A program made the translations under genes and the position numbers. A DNA stretch of 57,670 nt, from positions 1 to 57,670 of the forward strand of contig CAJBVW010000019.1 in NCBI GenBank assembly GCA_903959175.1, given 5' to 3'. Source of the stretch: an uncultured Pseudomonadota bacterium. Its GTDB lineage: Bacteria; Myxococcota_A; UBA796; SXON01. The notes beneath the pieces were generated by a model that ran no database searches, was not told the origin of the DNA, and was given only the letters and a program-made list of their open reading frames with translations. This document shows positions 39,072 through 48,638 of the stretch, in pieces; the first letter of the stretch is position 1, and each line of letters begins with the position of its first letter.

Positions 39072-40796
39072 ATGTCCATCCCCGGTGCAGCAGGCAGGGC
39101 GCCGAACCGGCCCACAACGTCCGCGAACGACGTTGCCGCCAACCTGCGGGACGCCTTCGAGCACCTGGCGCGCGCCACGCGCACCGCGCGGCCCACCGCG
39201 GGCGGCATCGCGCCGGCGCGGCTCCCCGCCGCGGAGCGCACGGGGTGGATCGAGGGGCTGACGCACGCCCTCACCGACGCCCAGGCAATCACGCTGCATG
39301 TGACATCCGCGGCGATCACGCTCGGGGACCTCCCGGTGCTGGACGGCGCGGAGCGGCCCCTCGCCGAGGGCCTGTACGTCGCGGGGATGCGCGCCCTCAC
39401 CGTCTTCGCGGGGGCGCCCCAGGCCGAGCTCGTGGCGGTGGGCGCGATCCTCGCCACCGACTGGAGCGGGCAGGGCGCGGCCGGCCTCGCCGACGCCGTG
39501 TGGCGCGCCGAGCTGAACCAGGTGCACGTCGACCTCGCCGCGCCGCTCGCCGACCCGACGCAGCCGCCTCCGACGCCCGCCCCGGTTCCGCACCTCGCGC
39601 TGCTCGCGCGCGCGCCGGCAGAGGCCCAGCGCAAGGGCACGCTCCACGGGGACGCCCTGCAGGCCCTCCGGCAGCTCAGGGAGACGGCAACGCCGGATAC
39701 GACCTCCTTCCTGGACGTCCATCCGACCGCCAGCGTGCTCCCCGCAGAGCTCGTCGCGGCTGTGGCGCTCGTCCGGGGGGGGACGGACCTCGACACCGCC
39801 GACCTCGCGAGCGCGCTCCTCGCGGCGATCGGCCGCGCGCCCACGGCGAACGCCGCGCGGCGGGTGGCGCGAGAGGTCCTGGGCGTCGCGGTCGACCTGC
39901 TCGGGAGCCCGATCGACGGGACCCCGGTGCTCCACGGCCTCCTGCAGGCGGTGGATCCCGAGCTCGGTCCCGACGAGGAGGTCCGCGACGCGACGCGCGC
40001 CGCCCTCGGCGACCTCGCGAAGGAGCCGCTGCGCGCCGCGCTCGCGGCCCGACTCGGGGCCGTCGCGACCCCCGATCTGCGCGGCCAGCTCTTCTCGCTC
40101 CTCTCCCTCCCGCTGGCCGACGAGGACGTGCGAGCCCTCGCGCCGCGCCTCCCGCGCTGGGCGGTCCAGGTGTTGGCGGACACCCAGCTCCTGCGCGAGA
40201 TGGACGAGTCCACCACGCGCGTGGAGCGGGTGCGCGCCCGTCTCGGGAGCGAGGAGCCCGGCGTGCTCGCCCTCGGCCTCGCCATGGCCGCGCGCCTCGA
40301 CGACACGCGCCTCCTCGACCCGGTCCTGGCGCTGGCCGGCCACCCCCGCGCCGACGTACGCGAGGGCTCGCTCTTCGCCCTGCGCCAGCAGACAGGACGC
40401 CGGGTGCGGGCGCTCGTCCTGCAGCGCCTGACCGACGCCACGCCGGACGTACGCGTCGAGGCGCTTCGGTACGCCGTGGCGCACCGGCTGCCCGAGGTGC
40501 TGCCGTACCTCGAGGCGCGCATCGTCGATCCGGCGCTGGAGACCCTCCAGGAGCCCGAGATCCGCGCCCTCTGCATCGCGTTCGGGCGGGTCGCCCGCGA
40601 ACGCGCCGAGCCGACGCTCTCCGAGCTCGCCCTCGGCCGACGCCGCCTGGGGCACCCTGCGCTCGCACGCTACGCGCTCCACGGCCTGCGTGCGATCGGC
40701 ACCCCGCGCGCACGGGCCGCCCTCCAGCACGTCGCGGCGGAGATCCCCCGACTTCGCCAGGAAGTAGAAGCTTTGTTGGCGGGAGACGGCCGATGA
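39072..40796 (+). CDS. HEAT repeat-containing protein
   Basis: C-terminal repeats HPRADVREGSLFAL and LTDATPDVRVEAL; coding-like codon bias. Confidence 0.75.
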   Translation: MSIPGAAGRAPNRPTTSANDVAANLRDAFEHLARATRTARPTAGGIAPARLPAAERTGWIEGLTHALTDAQAITLHVTSAAITLGDLPVLDGAERPLAEGLYVAGMRALTVFAGAPQAELVAVGAILATDWSGQGAAGLADAVWRAELNQVHVDLAAPLADPTQPPPTPAPVPHLALLARAPAEAQRKGTLHGDALQALRQLRETATPDTTSFLDVHPTASVLPAELVAAVALVRGGTDLDTADLASALLAAIGRAPTANAARRVAREVLGVAVDLLGSPIDGTPVLHGLLQAVDPELGPDEEVRDATRAALGDLAKEPLRAALAARLGAVATPDLRGQLFSLLSLPLADEDVRALAPRLPRWAVQVLADTQLLREMDESTTRVERVRARLGSEEPGVLALGLAMAARLDDTRLLDPVLALAGHPRADVREGSLFALRQQTGRRVRALVLQRLTDATPDVRVEALRYAVAHRLPEVLPYLEARIVDPALETLQEPEIRALCIAFGRVARERAEPTLSELALGRRRLGHPALARYALHGLRAIGTPRARAALQHVAAEIPRLRQEVEALLAGDGR

Positions 40797-42094
40797 CGTC
40801 GTACCCGGGGCGCGACACCGCAGCCGCCCACGCGGTCGCGACGGCCTTCGCGGCCCACCTCGCGGCCTTGGCGCGGGCCCCGGAGCCCGATGACCGCGTC
40901 GTCTCTCGCGTGCTCGGCGACGTCGTCCAGGACTGGACGGCGCTGGCCGCCTCGGCCACGCCGACCTTCGAGCTGGACGGCGCCACGCTCTGGGTGGGCA
41001 CGACCGCCGTCGCGCTCCCGTCCTCGTGGCGGGACGCCCTCGCGCCGCTCGAGGCGGCGCTCCGTTCGCACGGCGTGGGCGGGGTCCAGATCGGCGCCCC
41101 CGTGGACCGCGGTACGGTCCGCGCGCTCCTCCGCGGGGTCCGCGCGCTCCCCGCGCACGCGCAACGCGAGGAGCTCCAGCGCTGGCTCCTCGCGCACGGC
41201 GGGGCCTCGCTCTCCCTGATGACGCCGCGCCCGCCGACGGGGCATGACGCCCGCGCGGCGCTGCGCCCCGTGTTCGAAGCCTGGGCCACGTTCGCCGGCG
41301 CCGCCGACCGCCCCCTGTCCGATCCGCACGCGGCGCCCCCGCTGAAAGCCGCCCTCCGATCGCTGGTCGACCGCGCCCGTCAGGAGCCCCGCGCGCTCCC
41401 CGTCGTGCTCGCGCTCGCCGGGCCGGGCGCTTCCCGCCGCGCGGTCGCCGTGGTGACGCTGGCGCTCATCGTCGGGCTCCGGTTGGGCCTGCCGCGCGCC
41501 GCGCTCTTCGACCTCGCGCTCACCGCGCTCGAGGTCGCGCACCTCCCGCCCGGCTTCGACGCCGAGGAGGCCGCGCGCGTCGCCGCCCGTCGGGCCACGC
41601 GCGGCGTGGGCCAGACCGACGCGCGCGTCCTCTGCACGCTGTGGGGGCTCTCGGCGGACACCGGGAGGGGCGCCGGGTGGCCCCACCTCTTCGGCCGCAT
41701 CGTGTCGCTCGCGCTCCAGGCCGAAGGCCTGCTCCGGGGCGACGATCCGGCGCGCCTCTTGCCGGACGAGGCCGTCGCCCGGCTCCAGTCCGAGGTGGGC
41801 CGCGCGCACGACGGGGCGCTGGTCGAGGCGCTCGTGTCCAGCATCGGCCGCTACCCCGTCGGGAGCACGCTCGTGCTCGACAGCGGAGAGGTCGGCATCG
41901 TCTGCCGCCCCCCGGCGTCGGGTGACCAGGTCGCTCGCCCGGTCGTGCGCGTCGTGGTCGACCGCGCGGGCGCCCTCCTTGGAGGTGGCCCCGTGCTGGA
42001 CCTCGCGCAGCCGGCGCGCGCGCGCGCCCGCATCATCGCGACGGTCGATCCGGTGCGCCTCGGGCTGTCGGTCGCGGATGCCGTCCTCGGGTAG
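40793..42094 (+). CDS. Degenerate HD-GYP-like protein
   Basis: LGLPRAALFDLAL, PHLFGRIVSLA, PDEAVARL, IGRYPVGSTLVLDSGEVGIV...RPVVRV; no HD or GYP motif. ATGA-coupled to the HEAT gene. Confidence 0.7.
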   Translation: MTSYPGRDTAAAHAVATAFAAHLAALARAPEPDDRVVSRVLGDVVQDWTALAASATPTFELDGATLWVGTTAVALPSSWRDALAPLEAALRSHGVGGVQIGAPVDRGTVRALLRGVRALPAHAQREELQRWLLAHGGASLSLMTPRPPTGHDARAALRPVFEAWATFAGAADRPLSDPHAAPPLKAALRSLVDRARQEPRALPVVLALAGPGASRRAVAVVTLALIVGLRLGLPRAALFDLALTALEVAHLPPGFDAEEAARVAARRATRGVGQTDARVLCTLWGLSADTGRGAGWPHLFGRIVSLALQAEGLLRGDDPARLLPDEAVARLQSEVGRAHDGALVEALVSSIGRYPVGSTLVLDSGEVGIVCRPPASGDQVARPVVRVVVDRAGALLGGGPVLDLAQPARARARIIATVDPVRLGLSVADAVLG

Positions 42095-42159
42095 CGCGAC
42101 GCGGTTCCGGACGGGACCTCCGGACCCCACCGGGGTAGACGAAGGGCGGAGAATCGTCG

Positions 42160-42891
42160 CTGCCTCCCCTCGCCCTCCTCACCGACTTCGGCCTCTCGGA
42201 CCCCTACGTGGGCGTGATGAAGGGCGTCCTGGCGACGCGGGCGCCCGGCGTCCCGATGGTCGACGTGACGCACGGCGTCCCGCCGCAAGACGTGCGCGTG
42301 GGCGCGCTCTTCCTCGAGACGGCGTGGCCCTGGTTCCCCATCGGTACGGTCTTCCTGTGCGTGGTGGACCCCGGCGTCGGCACCGCGCGTCGCCCCCTGG
42401 TCGTCCGGGCCGCCGAGCGCCTCTTCGTGGGCCCGGACAACGGGCTGTTCGGGCTCCTCCCCGACCCCGTGGCGCGCGAGATCACGGCCCCGTGGGGCTT
42501 CCCCGTCGCCTCCGCCACGTTCCACGGTCGGGACCTCTTCGCGCCGGTCGCCGCCCGCCTCGCCATCGGTGCCGCCTTCGACGAGGTCGGTCCGATCGTC
42601 GACGACGCCGTCCCCCTCACGATCCCCGTCGCGGTCCACGGTCGCGGCGAGGTCCTCTACGTCGACCACTACGGGAACGCCGTCACCAACCTGCCCGCCG
42701 CGGACTCTGGCGTCGTCCGCCTCGGCGCCGCGCGCCTTCCCGTCGTCCGCACGTACGGTGCGGCCGCACCGGGCCAGCCCGTCGCCCTGACCGGGAGCAC
42801 CGGCCGGCTGGAGCTCGCGGTGCGCGACGGCGACGCCGCCCGGACCCTCGGCGTCGCGCCCGGATCGCCCGTGCACTGGGAGCCCGAATGA
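42160..42891 (+). CDS. SAM hydrolase / SAM-dependent halogenase (DUF62) family protein
   Basis: LLTDFGLSDPYVGVMKG, DVTHGVPPQDV, VVDPGVGTARR, GPDNG, SATFHGRDLFAP, VDHYGN. Start inferred at CTG 42160. Confidence 0.92.
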   Translation: MPPLALLTDFGLSDPYVGVMKGVLATRAPGVPMVDVTHGVPPQDVRVGALFLETAWPWFPIGTVFLCVVDPGVGTARRPLVVRAAERLFVGPDNGLFGLLPDPVAREITAPWGFPVASATFHGRDLFAPVAARLAIGAAFDEVGPIVDDAVPLTIPVAVHGRGEVLYVDHYGNAVTNLPAADSGVVRLGAARLPVVRTYGAAAPGQPVALTGSTGRLELAVRDGDAARTLGVAPGSPVHWEPE

Positions 42892-43805
42892 CCGACCTCT
42901 CCCCTCCCCTCTCGCCCGAGCTCGCGGCGAAGCTCGACACGCTCAGGAGCCTCCTCCGCGCGATGGGGGACGTCCTGGTGACCTTCTCCGGCGGCGTGGA
43001 CTCGGCGCTCGTCCTCAAGGTCGCGGTCGACACCCTCGGGGACCGCGCCCTCGCGCTCACCGCCGACTCGCCGACCTTCCCGCCCGAGGAGTGCGCCGAG
43101 GCCCGTCGCTTCGCCGCCGAGATCGGCGCCCGGCACCTCGTGGTGGCCGCGCACGAGCTCGAGCGCGAGGGCTACGCGCGCAACACCGGCGACCGTTGCT
43201 ACTTCTGCAAGACCGAGCTGTTCGACCTCGCGCGGGACACCGCCCGGGCACGCGGCATCGGCGCGATCGTCGACGGCACGATCGTCGACGATCTCGGAGG
43301 GCACCGCCCCGGGCTGATGGCCGCCGCCGAACACGCCGTCCGCCACCCCCTCGTCGAGGCCGGCTTCACGAAGAAGGACGTCCGCGCCGCCGCCCTGGCG
43401 CTCGGCATGCCTGTGTGGGACAAGCCCAGCTTCGCGTGCCTCGGGAGCCGCTTCGCCGTCGGGACCCGCGTCACGCTCGGGCGCGTCACGCGCGTCGGAC
43501 GTATCGAGAGCGCGATGCGCGCCCAGGGGTTCCGGCAGTTCCGCGTCCGTTTCCATGAGCTCGGCGGGACCGAGCTCCTGCGCATCGAGGTAGAGATCGG
43601 CGACCTCGGGCGGCTCGTCGCCCCCGGCGTGCGCGAAGACATCGTGGCCGCGTGCCGCGCGGAGGGATTCTCGTGGATCACGCTGGACCTGGAGGGCTAT
43701 CGAACGGGCAGCACGTCGGGGGCCCACCCGAGCACCCCCTCGGCATCGGCGACCGCGTCGAGCGCGTCCCCCCCGGGCTCCGGAACCGCGTCTTCCTCGA
43801 GCTGA
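42888..43805 (+). CDS. larE: ATP-dependent sacrificial sulfur transferase LarE family
   Basis: FSGGVDS PP-loop, DRCYFCK, DGT..DD..HRPG, WDKPSFACLGSRF, LDLEGYRTGS. The 3' tail is doubtful. Confidence 0.9.
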   Translation: MTDLSPPLSPELAAKLDTLRSLLRAMGDVLVTFSGGVDSALVLKVAVDTLGDRALALTADSPTFPPEECAEARRFAAEIGARHLVVAAHELEREGYARNTGDRCYFCKTELFDLARDTARARGIGAIVDGTIVDDLGGHRPGLMAAAEHAVRHPLVEAGFTKKDVRAAALALGMPVWDKPSFACLGSRFAVGTRVTLGRVTRVGRIESAMRAQGFRQFRVRFHELGGTELLRIEVEIGDLGRLVAPGVREDIVAACRAEGFSWITLDLEGYRTGSTSGAHPSTPSASATASSASPPGSGTASSSS

Positions 43806-44458
43806 CCGCACTCTGGCTCGCGACGCTCCTGCTCATCCGCGCGGTCGTCGCGCTGCAGGGCGCGGGCCTCCCGGAGTGGACGCTCGCCGCGGTCCCGTTC
43901 CTGTTCATCTACGCGCCGGTGCTGCTGTGCCGCTGGCGGAACGTCGACAGCTACGGCTATCGCATCGCGATCCCCGCCTTCTCCGACCTGCCGGCGTGGC
44001 GCGAGGCGTTCGTGAGCGCGGGCCTCGTGGTCGCCGTCATCCTCGTGCCGTGGCTGGTGGGCTACCACCTCTACCAGACGACGCTCTTCCACCTGACGCC
44101 GCACTGGCGCCTGCCGAAGGACGCCGCGCTCCTCGTCCCGTACCACCTGTTCTTCGTGGCGATCCCGGAGGAGTTCTTCTACCGCGGCTACTTCCAGACG
44201 CGGCTGAACGAGATCTTCCCGAAGAAGTTCCTGATCTTCGGGGTGCCGATCGGCTGGGGGCTGGTCATCGCCTCCCTCTTCTTCGCCTTCGGCCACTCAC
44301 TCGTGGTGTTCCGGTGGTGGCACTTCGCCACGTTCTTCCCCGGGCTCCTCTTCGGCTGGCTCCGCGAGAAGACGGGGCAGCCGGTCGCCGGCGCGTTGCT
44401 GCACGCCTGGGCGAACGTGACGGTCACCTGCCTCGATACGCTCTACGGCGTGATCTGA
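43727..44458 (+). CDS. Myxosortase-like (MrtX/MrtC family) CPBP intramembrane protease; start unresolved
   Basis: IPEEFFYRGYFQTRL, SLFFAFGH, TFFPGLLFGWLREKTG, HAWAN. The coding signal in this frame begins at about 43727; the nearest canonical starts (GTG 43652, 43673) lie deep inside larE. Confidence 0.8.
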   Translation, partial: PEHPLGIGDRVERVPPGLRNRVFLELTALWLATLLLIRAVVALQGAGLPEWTLAAVPFLFIYAPVLLCRWRNVDSYGYRIAIPAFSDLPAWREAFVSAGLVVAVILVPWLVGYHLYQTTLFHLTPHWRLPKDAALLVPYHLFFVAIPEEFFYRGYFQTRLNEIFPKKFLIFGVPIGWGLVIASLFFAFGHSLVVFRWWHFATFFPGLLFGWLREKTGQPVAGALLHAWANVTVTCLDTLYGVI

Positions 44459-44461
44459 GGC

Positions 44462-46369
44462 CTACTTCAGCAGCTTCTGGAGGCCGCGCATGTGCGCCTC
44501 GACCTCGCCGACGCGGTAGCCCGGATCCAGGTCGCGGAGCTCCTCGAGCAGCCGTACAGCGGCGCGGTGCTTGCCCGTGGCGGTGTAGAGCGCGGAGAGC
44601 TCGAACAGCGCTTCGGGGTAGGCCGGATCGGTCTCGGCTGCGTCGTTCGAGGCCTCGCGCAGCAGATCGAGCGCGCGGGACACCTCGCCGAGCCCGCGCA
44701 CGGCCTGGGAGCGGAGGACGGCGGCCTCGAGCCCCTCGAGCTCCTCGAGCATCGCGAGGGCGTCGGTCCACATGCCGACGGCCACGAGGGAGCGGGCCTC
44801 GTCGACGTCTCCGAGGGGGGACACCTCGTCCAGGGCGTCAGGGAGGACCTCGGCGAAGGTGCCGTCCTCGAGCGGTCCGAAGTCGGCGAAGGCGTCCTCC
44901 TCGGAGGGCTCGGGCGGGGCGACGGCCGCGGCGGCGCGGGGGGCGCTGCGGAGGGCGGCGATCTTGCCGAGCACGGTGTCGTCGAGGGGGTTCGTGGCGA
45001 GCGCCTCGCGGTAGGCCATCACGGCGCCCACGAGGTCACCGGCGGCGGCGAGGCGGTCCCCCTTCGCTTCGGGGCCGGACGCGTCGGGGGCGGCCGGTGC
45101 GGGCGCAGCCAGCGGAGAAGCCGCCGCGGAGGCTGGAGCGGATTGGGAAGAAGCCGGCTCCAGGCCCGCCGCGAGGCGCACCAGCGCGATGCGCTCGCGG
45201 ACGGCGTCGGCCTCGGTGCCGGCGCGGAGGAGGATGCGCTCCATCGTCACGAGGGCGGCGGCGGCGTCCCGCGTGGCCTCCACTTCGGCCTTCGCGGCGA
45301 GCAACCCGAGCGCGTCCGGCGCCTCGGCCAGGGCCTCGGTCAGCGCGCCGTCCGCACGATCGGCGAAGCCGTAGCGGAGGTAGACCTCGGCGCGCACCTG
45401 GGCGCGGAGCTCGGCCTCGGTGGTCGGCTCGGCGAGCGCGAGCTGCGTGAGGCGGCGCTCCATCCGCGTGATCTTCTCCTCGGCGACCCGGAGCCGGGCG
45501 AGGAGGTCCGCTTCGCCGGGGGCGAGGCGCAGGGACCGTCGGAGCGCTTCGGCTTCGAGGGCGGGCTGGCCGCGCTCGGCGGCGACGCGCGCGAGCTCAC
45601 CGAGCACCTTGAGCGCCTTGTCCGCCTGGCCCACGCCTTCGAAGGCGCGAGAGAGGAGGTCGAGCGTCTGCGGGTCGCGGGGCGCCTGACCGAACGCGAG
45701 CTGGAGGTGGGCGAGCGCACGCTTGTACTCGCCGGCCTCGACCCGGGCACCGGCGGCATCGAGGAGGAGGGGGAGATCGTCGGGCTTCAGCCGGAGCGCC
45801 ATCTCGGCGATGCGACCGACCTCGTCGGGGCGGCCGCGCCTGCGGTACTCCTCCGCGACCTCCTGGTAGGCCGCGGCGGCGCCGAGGGCGTCTCCCCCGG
45901 CCTCGAGGAGCTCGGCCACCTTCAGGCGCAGCGGGGGCTCCCCCGGGCTCAGCTCCGCGACGCGCCGGGCCGCCTTCGCGGCCTCCAGCGGCCGTCCCGC
46001 GCCGATCCACAGGCGCATCGCCATGTCGAAGTGCGGCCGCGCGTCGTTCGCGTACCCGGAGGCGACATAGCACTCGGCGAGGTCCATCTGGATGGCGGGA
46101 TCGTCCGGTCGAAGCGCCAGGAGCTGCTTGAGGACGGCCACGGCGGCGCGGTGCGCGCCCTCCTTCATCAGCCCCTCGGCCACCTCGCGGAACTGCTTCT
46201 CCGCGTCGATAGGGCGGCCGAGCTTCAGCATCAGCTCCCCGACCTTCTGGCGGATCCGGCGATCGCGAGGGTCGAGCTTGAGGATGGCCGAGTAGGCGCG
46301 CAAGGCGCCGTCCTGGCTGCCGAGGTTCAGTTGGCGCATCGCCTCCTGTTCGAGCTGGTTCCGATCCAT
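44462..46369 (-). CDS. TPR repeat protein, SgmX-like by position
   Basis: Many TPR-like helices (ILKLDPRD, AVAVLKQLLALRPDD, C-terminal DPGYRVGEV). Lies directly after accC downstream of pilMNOPQ, the position of sgmX in Myxococcus. Confidence 0.75.
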   Translation of the reverse strand: MDRNQLEQEAMRQLNLGSQDGALRAYSAILKLDPRDRRIRQKVGELMLKLGRPIDAEKQFREVAEGLMKEGAHRAAVAVLKQLLALRPDDPAIQMDLAECYVASGYANDARPHFDMAMRLWIGAGRPLEAAKAARRVAELSPGEPPLRLKVAELLEAGGDALGAAAAYQEVAEEYRRRGRPDEVGRIAEMALRLKPDDLPLLLDAAGARVEAGEYKRALAHLQLAFGQAPRDPQTLDLLSRAFEGVGQADKALKVLGELARVAAERGQPALEAEALRRSLRLAPGEADLLARLRVAEEKITRMERRLTQLALAEPTTEAELRAQVRAEVYLRYGFADRADGALTEALAEAPDALGLLAAKAEVEATRDAAAALVTMERILLRAGTEADAVRERIALVRLAAGLEPASSQSAPASAAASPLAAPAPAAPDASGPEAKGDRLAAAGDLVGAVMAYREALATNPLDDTVLGKIAALRSAPRAAAAVAPPEPSEEDAFADFGPLEDGTFAEVLPDALDEVSPLGDVDEARSLVAVGMWTDALAMLEELEGLEAAVLRSQAVRGLGEVSRALDLLREASNDAAETDPAYPEALFELSALYTATGKHRAAVRLLEELRDLDPGYRVGEVEAHMRGLQKLLK

Positions 46370-46377
46370 GCCGCTCC

Positions 46378-47724
46378 CTACCCCGGACGGTTCTTCAACC
46401 ACTCGTCGATGTACCGCGTGTGGAACTTCACGTCGCGAAAAGCCGGGTCCGAAAGCAGGAGCTTCTGGAGCGGCAGCGAGGTGCGGATGCCCTCGACGAC
46501 GTACTCGTCCATCGCGCCGAGGAGCTTGCGGATGGCCGCTTCGCGGTCGGGCGCGTGCACGATGAGCTTCGCGACGAGCGAGTCGTAGTAGGGCTGGACG
46601 AACGCGCCCTCGTGGACCGCGCTGTCGACCCGCACGCCCGGCCCGCCCGGCGCGTGGTAGCCGACGATCCGGCCCGGGGACGGCGTGAACTTCCAGGGGT
46701 CCTCGGCGTTGACGCGCACCTCGATGCTGTGCCCGTCCAGCTTCACCTCGGACTGGGTGAACGGCATGCGCTCCCCGGCCGCTAGGCGGATCTGGAGCTG
46801 GACCAGGTCGATCCCGGTGACCATCTCGGTGACCGGATGCTCGACCTGGATGCGCGGATTGACCTCGAGGAAGAAGAACTCGTCGCCTTGGACGAGGAAC
46901 TCGCAGGTGCCGACGGTGACGTAGCCGGTGGACGCGACGAGGCGCGCGGCGGCGGCGCGGATGCGGTCCCGCAGGCCCTCGTCGAGGTTGGGCGCGGGCG
47001 CCTCCTCGATGATCTTCTGGTGGCGGCGCTGCATCGAGCAGTCGCGCTCGCCGATGTGCACGGCGGCGCCGTAGCGATCCCCGGCGAACTGGACCTCGAT
47101 GTGGCGCGGCGCGCGCAGGAAGCGCTCGAGGAAGACCTCGCCGCTGCCGAACGCCGCCTTGGCCTCGGCCGAGGTGATCGCGAAGACCTTGCGGAGCGTG
47201 TCCTCGTCCTCGACGACGCGCATGCCCTTGCCGCCGCCACCGGCCGCGGCCTTGAGCATGAGCGGGTAGCCGGACGCCCGGGCGACCTCGACGGCCTCCT
47301 CGAGCACCTCGACGGCGCCGTGGCTGCCCGCGAGCAGCGGCAGGCCGGCCGCGCGGGCGGCTGCCTTGGCGGAGAGCTTGTCGCCGAACTGCCGAAGGTG
47401 CTCGGGGGACGGACCGATGAAGGTCATCCCGTGGGCGTTCACGGCCTCGGCGAAGGTGGCGTTCTCGGCGAGGAACCCGTAGCCGGGATGCACCGCGTCG
47501 ACGCGGGTGATGTCGGCGGCGGAGATGACGGCCGGGAGCGAGAGGTAGGACTGCCGCGCCTGGGCCGGGCCGATACACACGCTCTCGTCCGCGAAGCGGA
47601 CGTGCGTGGCCTGGCGGTCGGCCTCCGAGTACACGGCGACGGTGCGGATGCCGAGCTCGCGACACGCGCGGATGACGCGCATGGCGATCTCGCCGCGGTT
47701 CGCGATGAGGATTTTGCGGAACAC
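46378..47724 (-). CDS. accC: Acetyl-CoA carboxylase biotin carboxylase subunit
   Basis: KILIANRGEIA, HPGYGFLAEN, GGGGKGMR, ERDCSMQRRHQK, RIQVEHPVTE. Confidence 0.98.
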   Translation of the reverse strand: MFRKILIANRGEIAMRVIRACRELGIRTVAVYSEADRQATHVRFADESVCIGPAQARQSYLSLPAVISAADITRVDAVHPGYGFLAENATFAEAVNAHGMTFIGPSPEHLRQFGDKLSAKAAARAAGLPLLAGSHGAVEVLEEAVEVARASGYPLMLKAAAGGGGKGMRVVEDEDTLRKVFAITSAEAKAAFGSGEVFLERFLRAPRHIEVQFAGDRYGAAVHIGERDCSMQRRHQKIIEEAPAPNLDEGLRDRIRAAAARLVASTGYVTVGTCEFLVQGDEFFFLEVNPRIQVEHPVTEMVTGIDLVQLQIRLAAGERMPFTQSEVKLDGHSIEVRVNAEDPWKFTPSPGRIVGYHAPGGPGVRVDSAVHEGAFVQPYYDSLVAKLIVHAPDREAAIRKLLGAMDEYVVEGIRTSLPLQKLLLSDPAFRDVKFHTRYIDEWLKNRPG

Positions 47725-47727
47725 CGC

Positions 47728-48177
47728 CTACCTCGCGGCGAGGCGGAAGAGATCCTGCCCGAACTGCACGGGCTGACCGTTCTCGATGAGGATCTCGGTC
47801 ACGACGCCGTCGACGTCGCTCTCGATCTGGTTCATCAGCTTCATCGCCTCGACGATGCAGACGACCTGGCCTTTGCGTACCGAGTCCCCGACGTTGACGT
47901 AGGCCTGCGCGTCCGGCGAAGACGATCGGTAGAATGTACCGACGATCGGGGCCTTGATCACGCGGCCGTCAGCGGCGGCGGGCTTCGCGGCAGCGGCGGG
48001 TGCGGCGGCGACCGGCGCGGCCTGGGCGGCAACCGGGACCTGCATGTACCCGGACGGCGTGGCGCCCTCGAACCGGACCTTGAGCTTCGAGCCGTCTTCC
48101 CCGGTCTCGTAGGTGAACTCGGCGACGCCCTGCCGCTTCATCATCCGGATGAGTTCCGCCATCTCCTTGCGTTCCAT
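47728..48177 (-). CDS. accB: Biotin carboxyl carrier protein
   Basis: [21 protein letters not shown]. Confidence 0.98.
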   Translation of the reverse strand: MERKEMAELIRMMKRQGVAEFTYETGEDGSKLKVRFEGATPSGYMQVPVAAQAAPVAAAPAAAAKPAAADGRVIKAPIVGTFYRSSSPDAQAYVNVGDSVRKGQVVCIVEAMKLMNQIESDVDGVVTEILIENGQPVQFGQDLFRLAAR

Positions 48178-48638
48178 CAGCTCTCCTCCCCCGTCGTCAA
48201 CTCGGGGGCCGCGCAGCCTAACAGGCCGCGGAGCCCAAGCTCGTAGCTGGTCGCTCCGAATCCACAGACGACGCCCACCGCGGCGTCACTGAAGTAGGAG
48301 TGGCGCCGGAACGGCTCGCGCGCATGGACGTTCGAGAGGTGCACCTCGACGAACGGCAGAGCGACCGAGAGCAGCGCGTCCCGGAGCGCGACGGACGTGT
48401 GCGTCAGCCCGCCGGGGTTGATGACGATGCCGCGCACCCCCTCGTCGGCGGCGGCGTGCACCCGGTCGATCAGCGCGCCCTCCCAGTTGGACTGGAAGGT
48501 CACGACGCGCACCCCGAGCTCAGCGCCCAGCGCCACGAGCCGCGCGTCGACGTCGGCGAGGGTGGCGCGGCCGTAGATGTCCGGCTCCCGCTTCCCCAAC
48601 CGGTCGAGGTTCGGACCGTGGACCACGAGGATCGTCAT
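48177..48638 (-). CDS. aroQ: Type II 3-dehydroquinate dehydratase
   Basis: [56 protein letters not shown]. Confidence 0.98.
   Translation of the reverse strand: MTILVVHGPNLDRLGKREPDIYGRATLADVDARLVALGAELGVRVVTFQSNWEGALIDRVHAAADEGVRGIVINPGGLTHTSVALRDALLSVALPFVEVHLSNVHAREPFRRHSYFSDAAVGVVCGFGATSYELGLRGLLGCAAPELTTGEES

Noticed and set aside
42160-42891. Fluorinase or chlorinase assignment
   Set aside because: It keeps the Asp/Arg/His residues (VDPGVG, RR, TFHGRD) typical of DUF62 SAM hydrolases, and there is no halometabolite cluster nearby.
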